DNA of 63,793 bases, counting the filler, from Lenisia limosa (taxonomy: Eukaryota; Protista; Breviatea): NCBI GenBank assembly GCA_001655205.1. It is 11 parts of 11 records of this genome, joined end to end, with 100 filler letters (N's around TTAATTAATTAA, not from the genome) between each part and the next. Parts side by side here need not be neighbours in the genome. Positions count along the whole stretch, not along the records: positions 46,633 to 52,107 come from LPNZ01008273.1; positions 52,208 to 54,995 come from LPNZ01004167.1; positions 55,096 to 59,321 come from LPNZ01003440.1; positions 59,422 to 62,243 come from LPNZ01006133.1; 7 more parts are not named here. One strand, written 5' to 3'. Of this stretch, positions 49,901 to 59,693 are shown in pieces (position 1 is the first letter of the stretch; each line of letters opens with the position of its first letter). The position numbers and the translations under genes were made by a program. Under the pieces are notes generated by a model, which searched no databases, was not told where the DNA came from, and was given only the letters and a program-made list of their open reading frames with translations.

Positions 49901-51850
49901 ATATCAAAAATCGTTGTTCAAGGAAGTTGGTGGCAGAGAAGTCTCCAAACCCGACAGTTACAATGGTGGTCTAAGGAGTGATTATAACAAAGTAGGGATC
50001 ATAACATATCATATCATATGTATAAATGGTTTAAGTAGGGATTATAACATATAAAGGGTATATGGAGTGGTTATATCACTTACCTGGTGGTCTATGGAGT
50101 CATTTTATAAATTGAAGCATTTAAGTTTCTCTTACCATTGCGAAGTAGAAGGCGGTTGTGAACGTGTCGTAGTTGGAGCTGTCAGTCATTCCAAACTCCA
50201 CCAGCCAGCCGTCGCCATTTTGTTTCCACTCATAGTGCCCCAGAACATACCACAGGCATCTACAGAGTTATCATAATAACATGTTCACTGACCACGATAA
50301 GTCCTGACACGGATATTGAGCTGATACTTAGTCAATCATATCATGACTTATCGCGGTCATTATAGAGAGACCAACTCAAGGTCTGACGTTGGTACAATAC
50401 CATTATTTTCTCATTAAAGTGGGTCAGACCTTTTCGGGTTCAGTATTGCGTGTTACAACAAGACACCAATGCCTTTATCACAAAAAAAAAAAAAGATAAA
50501 CTGGCACCATCTGGCGCTTCACTTTAGGTTCCAAAAGAGGAGAAAAATATCGATATTTATCAACGATTTGTCAAGAATTCAGTCTATTTTGGAACCGAAA
50601 CTGAAACATGGGGGCACGACCCACCCACGCAATCCAATGGCCGAGCATGATGAAAATAACGAACAGGCCGAGAATGCGCGTAGTTTTCATGTTGAAGAAG
50701 GCTGCCAGGCTGTCACTCTGTACCAAATGCCCTAGAAAATTACACAAGGTTGAAGGAAATTACTCAAGGTTGAAGGAAATCACACAGGGTTGAAGGAAAT
50801 TACACAAGGTTGAAGGAAATTACACAAGGTTGAAGGAAATCACACAGGGTTGAAGGAAATTACACAAGGTTGAAGGAAATTACACAAGGTTGAAGGAATT
50901 ACATAAGGTTGAAGGAAATCACACAAGGTTGAAGGAAATCACACAGGGTTGAAGGAAATTACACAGGGTTGAAGGAAATATACAGGGTTAAAGGAAATTA
51001 AACAGGGTTAAAGGACGGTAAATAAAACCACTGGCAAATAAAGTTGCAAGGAACTACATAACAAAATTCCAAAAAAAGTATGATAATGCTACATGATTAA
51101 CAACCCATCATAGCCAAGTATAATCCATTGATTAAGCCTATCAAATAATAGCACTCACCAAGGCGCAAGAGACGTAAAAGTCTGAACATTGCAAGATAGG
51201 TGCCGCTAAAGCCCAGGATAAACCAGGCCATCAAATTGAAGGGGAAGGCTGAGGCAAAGTCAACCCAGAACCTGGAGGGGGGGGGGGTAAATGAAGAAAA
51301 TTTAGATAAAGATTANNNNNNNNNNNNNNNNNNNNNNNNNNNNNNNNNNNNNNNNNNNNNNNNNNNNNNNNNNNNNNNNTCACGAAGGAAATTCAGTCTT
51401 TTTCGGACCGAACAAAAACCTTAAAGACCAGCCAAAGAGATGCCCTGCTTACCATCCTTTCATGTAGCGCTGTCTAATGATTTTGGGATCCGAAATGATC
51501 TGAAAGTGTCAGTATCATAAACAACTGGTCTGAAGGGAATACACTCAACAAAATCAAGACACATCCATGAATTATCATCAATGCATGAGGAACTGTAAAT
51601 GGAAATCTCCGAAAACTATCGATATGTTACCGGTCTTTTTCGTCTCAAAGTAAGGTCCCTCGCCACAAACCGTGACTAGTCCATCGTAGAAGGCAGTATG
51701 GAAGTTAACATAACAGTCGGTGAGGAACACGCCATCAAGGATACTGTCCACGATCGCTACCGAGTCTTCGGAAACGTCAAAAGAAACCACATAGGGCACT
51801 GAGAAGGCCGAGTACACCGTCAGGAAGAGGATTAGGATGGACCTGGATGA
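46910..51850 (-). CDS. Voltage-gated K+ channel with cyclic-nucleotide-binding domain (EAG/KCNH/plant Shaker-like), multi-exon, ends unresolved
   Basis: S1-S2 VYSAFSVPYVVSF...DGVFLTDCYVNFHTAFY; IISDPKIIRQRYMKGWFWVDFASAFP; S4 FRLLRLLRL; S5 MLGHWIA; pore TAFYFAMTTIVTVGFGD; C-linker VAHRLRIYTAHSWERSRG...IPSNLVSDIRISLHSDLL; CNBD AGDVSDRLYLI. Confidence 0.9.
48935..49010 (+). repeat. Intronic family D, representative copy (CAGAGTTGTAA(C/G)GCAAATGATTGGGTGAATT...TGGACGGCTTCGGCC)
   Basis: Copies at ~41-75, 13480-13550, 18712-18740 (partial), 25875-25950, 43908-43952, 47268-47330, 53215-53275 and 56355-56420. Confidence 0.8.
50738..51015 (+). repeat. 20-bp minisatellite (T/C)ACACA(A/G)GGTTGAAGGAAAT, about 14 copies, in a K+ channel intron
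   Basis: Head-to-tail copies with no spacers, directly visible. Confidence 0.95.
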
Positions 51851-53107
51851 TGAGCATTACAATCATACGGGTAGCGATTAGGGCTTTCCTAAGGTTACAT
51901 CCAAGAATATCAGAATTCTTGATAAATCCTCGAAAACTATTGATATTTTACCGAAGCCCCACTAGCGATGTAGGGTTGTTTGGTCTCGCGATTTGCTATT
52001 TCAAAATACCTAGTTGTTGTATTAGTACACTAGTAATAGCTATATGATATATATGGTTATATATACATATGATATACAATTATATATATATCCCCGTCCA
52101 CAAAAACNNNNNNNNNNNNNNNNNNNNNNNNNNNNNNNNNNNNNNNNNNNNTTAATTAATTAANNNNNNNNNNNNNNNNNNNNNNNNNNNNNNNNNNNNN
52201 NNNNNNNTGTGTATGATTCGTTTTTTCTTTCTCATAAAGTTCTTTCCTGTATCCTCCTCCGGTAAGCCTATCAATACCACACAAAAAAATTTCATCGAAT
52301 TTTCCTTCGTTTCACCTCCCAGCAAGCCTACCTCTGTGAGCACATGGCTCGAACCTTCTCAGCCGACTATTGGACACAGGAAAAACTGGACCTTACTGTT
52401 GGCCCTCGTGAGGCCTGCTGCAATGAATTTTGCCCATCTTACAGGTGAGTGGCGTTTGGCGTTTGGTTGATGTTTAGAAAAAGGTTGTAAACTCTGTTTC
52501 TCNNNNNNNNNNNNNNNNNNNNNNNNNNNNNNNNNNNNNNNNNNNNNNNNNNNNNNNNNNNNNNNNNNNNNNNNNNNNNNNNNNNNNNNNNNNNNNNNNN
52601 NNNNNNNNNNNNNNNNNNNNNNNCATATTAAATGATATTTATTAACCTTCAAAATGTAGCAAATGATGTTTTTCAAACTTGAAATTGATGTTTCAGTGAG
52701 TCCCTCTCCCAAGGTGCTGCGGGTACAGCTTCTGATTTGGCCACGGTCACGGCTATCCGCGCTCTCTTCCACGAGGTCTACCCCACAAACCCCCTCAAAG
52801 GCCTTCCCACTGCTGACAGTGAGTGGGCTTTGGAATTTGACTCGACCTACAGAGTCAATGAAAGGCCAACAATGGGGCATTGTTGAATGAATATTGTTGT
52901 AAGGACTTATCATTTACTCCATCATTTAAGGACTTATGGAAGAGCAATCATATATTAGTGTGGAGCTATATAGTTATATATGTAGCTATGTATTACATTG
53001 AGTGACTTTGAAGGCTTATCGTCACTGTTCACATTCGAATCACTATTCTAGAACAAAATGGTTTTATTCACATACTGTGATACTTTCTTATTCGTTCAGT
53101 GGAGTCT

Positions 53108-54812
53108 ATGGTTGCCGTTCTTACTGCTGCCGGTGTATCTGAGACTGATATTCAAACGGTTTGTGCAAACATACATTATAGATCACAAAACATGCATATT
53201 AGCGAGGCATGCAGAACAGAGTTGTTAGCAAGTGATTGGGTGAATCTCTTGATGGTATGGACGGCTTCGGTCGGATAGAACCTTTTATTTTTTTTCTTAT
53301 TGAATATGTCATCAGTCCCCAGTGCAAACTCAAATTTTTGGGATTGGCAAACACCCAATTCTTGCAAATTTTACAAATTCTTGTAGATGTCGGAAAACCC
53401 CAAGGTGAACCCAGAATACCGCCTTGCCCCATGGGACCGTCACCAGTACCTTGACTGCGAATCCGAATGGTGGGACGAGGGGGTGAGGATGAATGTAGAG
53501 CTTCACTTCGGCTCGAAAAAGACCGGTAAATTATCGATAGTTTTCGAGGATTTATCGAGAAATTTTGTCTTATTTTGAACCGAAGTGAAGCCGTATGAAT
53601 GAGTCTTATTTTGAACCGAAGTGAGGCCCTATGAATGAGTCTAATTTAGAAGTTCTTTATTCTTATATCATCTGTTTTAGTTGCATGGATCACCACCATT
53701 ATAATGTACCACTTTTCCTTATAAGAGCTCTTTTACCTTACAACGTGTTTCTTATTTTTCCTTTACAGTCGCATGGATGTCCCTCTTGCTGAGCAAACTG
53801 AGGTGTTCCTTACTCCTATTGCTGACGTTACTGTAATCAACCTCATGTGTAAGCGAGGGGTCTTCAAACTGTCCATTTTTTCATACCTGGGTCTTGCTTG
53901 TTTTGTTACTTTGAACCTTTGTGGGTGTTTCTCAAATGGTAACAGAGTTGCTTCTTGGTTTTTATTTCGCTTTAGTTGTTATCAGTCCTCGTGTGTTGTC
54001 AGCCAACAGAGTTGATTTTGGGCTTTGTTTTGTTTCATAAATTTTCCAATTTCACCCGCCCCCCCTCACAGATCAAAACAGGGCTTACGCGCACGTTGAC
54101 GCCCCTTTTGCGTCCCATATGCTCAAGTCACAGGTTGGCTGGATTCCATTTCTCGCTTTAAGATCTTCCTCAATTTGATCACAACATCATATAATATCTA
54201 AGTGTCTGGATTATTTATTTTCTTCCACTTTAGATAAGAATATTGTTATACCGAAAATGAGAAAATAGATCAATAGATTATCCAACTAGTCTAAACAAAA
54301 TTCGGGTTTTTTTAAAAAAAGAATGACCCACAACCTCCCCAGGTTCCCCTTTCCTACTATGCAATTCATCACAATCTCGCTGACATCTTTAATGCTTCCT
54401 GCAAAACGCTCGACCATCCTCTTGTATGTTGAGCTGGGAATCGGGCAAGGCTTCTATATGGTCTGAAAAGGACCAGTGAATTGTCGATATGTAACATTAG
54501 TGCTTCTATCTTTCAAAATAGAATTGAGAATATTTCATTTACCTCTCCAACCCAGCTTGGATCCGCGAAGCAATGGCTGCCTTCAGACCCCCACACCGTA
54601 AGCTGGACTAATATTAGAGCTTCATTTTTAGATCTAAAATAGACTGATCGAGAAGTACTCAAATCCTCGATAACGATAAAACAATATTTTACATATGTTA
54701 CTGCGTGTTTTCTTCAAGATTACTTGCTCCCACCACCTTCATATATTTTGCAGGAAATTGCCAATGCCGTGAACGCTGCTGATGTTGAAGTTGAAAAGAG
54801 GGAGGAAACAAT
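53108..54812 (+). CDS. Multi-exon protein of unknown function (partial)
   Basis: ATG 53108 MVAVLTAAGVSETDIQT, then GT-AG-bounded exons SENPKVNPEYRLAPWDRHQYLDCESEWWDE, RMDVPLAEQTEVFLTP, VPLSYYAIHHNLADIF and EIANAVNAADVEVEKRE. No family recognised. Confidence 0.5.
53496..53594. mobile_element. MITE family B copy flanked by an ATGAATG direct repeat
   Basis: ATGAATG at 53489-95 and 53595-601; the right end plus flank is tandemly duplicated to ~53640. Confidence 0.8.
53975..54071 (+). repeat. Intronic family A, representative copy (hairpin plus U-rich tract ending at the acceptor AG)
   Basis: Near-identical copies at 1103-1210, 1661-1762, 48386-48468 and 63495-63592 (opposite strand). Partial copies at ~2100, 8862-8895, 21036-21060, 39637-39694, 41688-41743, 49402-49450, 55096-55160 and 62344-62365. 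Confidence 0.9.
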
Positions 54813-55307
54813 CGTAAGTGGGCTATTGTATATACAGTGGCCAGGATAAGTCATAACAGATTTGCTCTGTGATTTCGCAAGAAAAATAAGTCAATATTTA
54901 TTCCTGTGTGATATGTTGTACTATATAAATAACTATACTATATGATATTTATGTGTGCTATGGGGCAAAAACACTGCCATTAAATCATTTTTCCGNNNNN
55001 NNNNNNNNNNNNNNNNNNNNNNNNNNNNNNNNNNNNNNNTTAATTAATTAANNNNNNNNNNNNNNNNNNNNNNNNNNNNNNNNNNNNNNNNNNNNACAGA
55101 GTTGATTTGGGTTTTTTTTGTTTCATAAATTTTCCAATTTTACTCCCCCCTCCCCCTCATCTTCAATCTAAAAATAGTGCAAATCAGCAAGCGTTCCCCC
55201 AAAAAGTTCATATTTCTCGTTTCTTGACATCGGATTATTGGGGAAAATTTTGAGTAAAGAGGTTCAGCCGTGAGCTTAGACATACGTTGTTAATTGTCGT
55301 ATTAACG

Positions 55308-57107
55308 CGATCAGGCAGTGAATTGTTCCGAGGCTACGTTGGAGAGGGTGAAGCACTTATCAGAGAAACATTCGCAGAAGCAAGGAAGGTGGAGGGGTAC
55401 GAAGAAAGGAAGTGTGTGGAGGTTATGGAAACAAAAACTGATTCCTCCTGTGCCATTTTTTGAAGTATTCTTGACAATTTGACAATTCTGTCTCATGATA
55501 CTCTTTCTAATGAGCTTAACCTCTTCAGGAATCCCCGTCGGTTGTTATTTTGGACCATTTTGAGTTGATTGCCCCTACCAGAGGCAAGGGGGGTTCTAAT
55601 ACATATCGATATACGATATGATACGATGGACTATACTAAAGTATACGATATGATATGATGTGGTAATTTGTGTTTATAATCCCAAAGTATTTTATTATTC
55701 TCGTATCCCTAGGTTTTATTTATTGCTAAATTTTTACTCGCAAACTTTTTTTATATACAGAGTTGCTGAATGAATAAATATAACCCCCTGTCTTGTCGGA
55801 TGACCACATAACAACTGCAGGATTAGGAGAAGGAGCGTGTTCGTCAGTAGCAGGCCGTTTGCTTTCAATGCTTCTCAATGAGATGGATGGAATCAGTGCC
55901 ACGCTGGAATGCCTTGATTTTGAAACTGTTGCNNNNNNNNNNNNNNNNNNNNNNNNNNNNNNNNNNNNNNNNNNNNNNNNNNNNNNNNNNNNNNNNNNNN
56001 NNNNNNNNNNNNNNNNNNNNNNNNNNNNNNNNNNNNNNNNNNNNNNNNNNNNNTCTGTTCGAAGCTGTGGATCGGTAGATTATTCACTCGTCAACTTCAG
56101 ACTCAGACTGACCGTGATAAGTCATAACATGGATAGGGAGCAGTCAATCTCAAATAAACATCTTTTGAGAAGAAAGCATACATGCTTTTTACCGCCTTAG
56201 AAGAGTTCAAGTGATTGGAGTCACAAGCCGGCCGGATCTCTTGGATCCTGCTATTCTTCGTCCAGGTTGGAGAGAAATTATACCATTCAGGGAAATTTTT
56301 CCCATTTATTATGTGATCACTCATCATAATGTAACAATTTGTTACTAGGGTGTAACTCAGAGTTGTGTAAGGGACATTAAAAAACCCATATAAATGTGAG
56401 GGTGTGGACAGCTTTGGCCACACACCCTTATTTTTCTTGTACCAACAAACAATGATTTTGTTAGGGCGTCTGGACCTTCATGTGGGCTTTGATTGGCCAA
56501 CTTACGATACTCGGTGGGGGGCTTCACTTCAATGAAAACGGAATTTCTTGCTCAATAGTGTATTCGTAAAACCCACGGCCATTTTGTTACTTCGCAGGCT
56601 CGAGATGCTTGCCTATTTGATGCCCAATGAAGACGCAACGTTTCTGTCAGTTGCTGCTGAGGCCTCTGAAGGCTTTGTGTTCCAAGACCTCTTTTCGGCT
56701 GTAAAGTGAGCGGGTCTCTTTTTGGCAGTTAAGGGGGGGAGGTAAACCTCCTTTGAGTAGGATGTTGTTTTAAAAATGTTTTAGCATTGGGATTTTAGAT
56801 ATTGATCCTAGGGTTGACCAACAAGCCCTTTTCAGTATAATTTCAAATACAGCTCTCCTCCTTGATACTGTAATACCTTTAGAGCTTCCCTGCTCAAAAA
56901 ATATCAATATTTTAAGTCTTTTTCGACCGCAAGCCCAAAATAAATACCTTCCCATTCATTGAATCTAACTTGTTAAGCAAGTTGAAGATTCTGGGACTGC
57001 CTGGAGCTGCAGAGAAGCTTGCTTGTCTGTCTGCCCATGTTCCAATCTATTCACCTGATGAGGTGCAAACAATGAAGGACAAGTTTGCGCCATTTCAAAG
57101 CAAGTAG
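55308..57107 (+). CDS. CDC48-family AAA+ ATPase, C-terminal (D2) module; SPATA5/AFG2-like subfamily uncertain; 5' part missing
   Basis: GSELFRGYVGEGEALIRETFAEAR, SPSVVILDHFE (degenerate Walker B), RLLSMLLNEMDGI, VIGVTSRPDLLDPAILRPGRLD; stop TAG at 57105-07. Confidence 0.85.
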
Positions 57108-57357
57108 CTTTCGGAGTGAAAGTGATTGCTTTCTTTTAAACTTGATAGATAAGTTTTTTAGAATGTGTGCTTATTTCCCTATTTTGCGAAGTTTCAACTA
57201 AATGGTGCTGCAATGCCTTTACACTCCAACGTTGGTCCAAACGAATCTTTCAGCGATCTGAGTCCAGTGCTAGTCCAGTGCTTATTATAAGGCCCGACAC
57301 AGATTATCAAGGCAGGAATGATAAGAGTAAATAAGTATATTCGCAACTAGAGACGGT

Positions 57358-58529
57358 TTAGATCTGAAGAGCGGGGATTTTGCCGCGGAGGGGCATGGGG
57401 TGGCCAGCGAAAGACTTGGGGACACATTGGGCGTGGGTGAGGTCACAGGAGTATCCCTTGGGGCAGCAAGAGGTCNNNNNNNNNNNNNNNNNNNNNNNNN
57501 NNNNNNNNNNNNNNNNNNNNNNNNNNNNNNNNNNNNNNNNNNNNNNNNNNNNNNNNNNNNNNNNNNNNNNNNNNNNNNNNNNNNNNNNNNNNNNNNNNNN
57601 NNNNNNNNNNNNNGACTAGTCAATCGCAACCCCATTGATAACAACGAAAAAAAAAAGAAGAATAGCCAACAGACCAGCAAGTGGCTTCAGGGTAGGGGCA
57701 GCAGCCGTAAGAGCCAGAAGAGAGCATGCAGCAGGTGGTGCCGTCCTAAGCAATCACGAAAACTCAACTAATCATGTAATGTCATCTCAATCTTACTAAA
57801 CTCATTAAAGCCTATCATTAGCCATAGAAGTTTAACTTCCCAAGTATGCCCATTTGATGAGTCCTTATTCCAGAGATAGAACTTAGAATATGAAATGCCA
57901 AGTCCTGATTCCAGAGCAATAAAACAGTCAAAAATGATGTTTGGTCCGCTCCACAAACAGGGCAGGCAGACTTCTCGTCACACTCAACGTTCATGACCTT
58001 CTCGGGCTTGCAGAGCTTGATGGCTTCGCAAACCTAAAGGGTGAATTCGGGTCTTTTGAATAAACAAAAGCCAGGATCGGGCTGAATAAAATATGCTGTT
58101 GTTTCGGGGAGGGAGGGGAAGTGGGCTCACCTTTTGGGGTGGTAAATCGTCATAAAGGTAGTCAATGATAGAAGGAGCGTAGAGCTGGACAATGGTGGCA
58201 CAGAGACCAGACTCGGACTTAGGGAGCTTCTCGCAGAACTATGGTGTCAAAAATATGTCCAATTTTCACATAAAGAGAATATTTATCAAGCTAAAGTACG
58301 TCAAAGCAGATTAAACCCAAACTAACATCGTTGATCAAAAAGTCCTCGAGTTCGCCAATTCCATGGTCAATAATGAATTCCTCAGTTTTGTTGGCAACCT
58401 GGAGACTAAAAAGGTCAAGAAACACCGGGCAAATGAAAAGCAATAGAGCACTACGTACCAGAGCTCGCAGTAGGGTGACGCAACTGTGAAAGAGATCAAA
58501 GCAAAGAGTAAAACAAGAACTTTAAACAT
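57358..58529 (-). CDS. Secreted saposin B-granulin fusion protein, multi-exon
   Basis: Signal peptide [17 protein letters not shown]; six-Cys saposin [15 protein letters not shown]...[44 protein letters not shown]; granulin [31 protein letters not shown][gap][17 protein letters not shown]. Confidence 0.85.
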
Positions 58530-58717
58530 CTTGAAGTGTTTTTTTCATTTTCATTTTTTGTTTTTATACTCGACGTGAGCGTCAACGCCAAAACTTCTTT
58601 TTCTAGCAAAAACCGCCCCTCCAACACCCCTCTCTTTGTATATGTGTAATAAAGAAGTGTGTTGACCGGTGGCTGAGAAGAATTAAAGAAAAGCAAAGTC
58701 GGCACCTCATTTTCATC

Positions 58718-59050
58718 ATGAGTGAGGAAGCTAAAACGCTTCCTCCTATGTGTGCAATAGAGTTCCCTGGCTATTTAAAAGATCCAAATGACCCATCACT
58801 TGCACTTAAAGCACTGGGAGGAGAAAAAGTTATTGCCCAGGTTGGTTGACTTATATTTTGTAACAGATTGTAATTGTAGTATTCTGTTAGATTAAGACAA
58901 GATCATATGATATGCGTTGTTCTGAGTGCCTAGGCCGAATTAAACGTTTCTGTCAACTTGCATCCCAACGATCCGGTGGCAAGATCATCACTTCGGCTCA
59001 GGCGCGAGAGAATTGAGCAGAACAACACGTTTCTTCTTTCAGTTTCGTCT
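58718..59050 (+). CDS. GTF3C5: TFIIIC subunit tau95/Sfc1 N-terminus (partial)
   Basis: MCAIEFPGYLKDP...ALKALGGEKVIAQ...NLHPNDPVAR...NTFLLSV matches the tau95 N-terminal IEYPG...LGG...P-x-DP pattern. Confidence 0.75.
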
Positions 59051-59620
59051 GACTCTTGTGGGGAAGCTGTCTTGGTTTCGTATTTGATATTTCTATTTTC
59101 CACTCCTCCCCCTCCTTTTTTTGTTATTTGCTTTTTTTGGAGTTTCAGATTATTTATTATGTAGTGGTAGTATTTTTTTCTGTGTTTCTTTTGTTTACTG
59201 TTTTGCTAATTGAGTTGATTATTCTGTTTTATATTTTACAGTAGCCCCCTTCCCCCTTTGGTAAGTTTTCATTGTTTTTGTTCCATTGTTCATTTGCTGT
59301 TAAAGCTTATTTTTTAGTTGTNNNNNNNNNNNNNNNNNNNNNNNNNNNNNNNNNNNNNNNNNNNNTTAATTAATTAANNNNNNNNNNNNNNNNNNNNNNN
59401 NNNNNNNNNNNNNNNNNNNNNGACCTATTCTCCCCTGGTGACTCCATCTTCCGCATCTAGTCCTCTCTATATTGTATTTTTGTATAGTTTCTTCTTGGTC
59501 TCCGGAGATGGGAATAAGAGCGCATCCATGATCATGGTCTTGATGGAGAAAGCGCGCCAAAAAAACAGTCAGAAAAATAAAACTAGTATCGAGAAGATAT
59601 CCGTGAGCTTAGAATTTGTC

Positions 59621-59693
59621 GGGGATGTAGCTCAAGTGGTAGAGCGCTCGCTTAGCATGCGAGAGGCACTGGGATCGATGCCCAGCTTCTCCA
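59621..59693 (+). tRNA. tRNA-Ala (anticodon AGC)
   Basis: GGGGATGTAGCTCAAGTGGTAGAGCGCTCGCTTAGCATGCGAGAGGCACTGGGATCGATGCCCAGCTTCTCCA: cloverleaf, G3:U70 alanine determinant, eukaryotic Ala-type T loop, oligo-T terminator immediately downstream. Confidence 0.97.

Noticed and set aside
50738-51015. CRISPR-like array
   Set aside because: The repeats are contiguous with no unique spacers, there are no cas genes, and the context is a eukaryotic intron.
58718-59693. Functional linkage of the TFIIIC subunit gene with the neighbouring tRNA gene
   Set aside because: A contig linker at 59366 separates them, so adjacency is not established.
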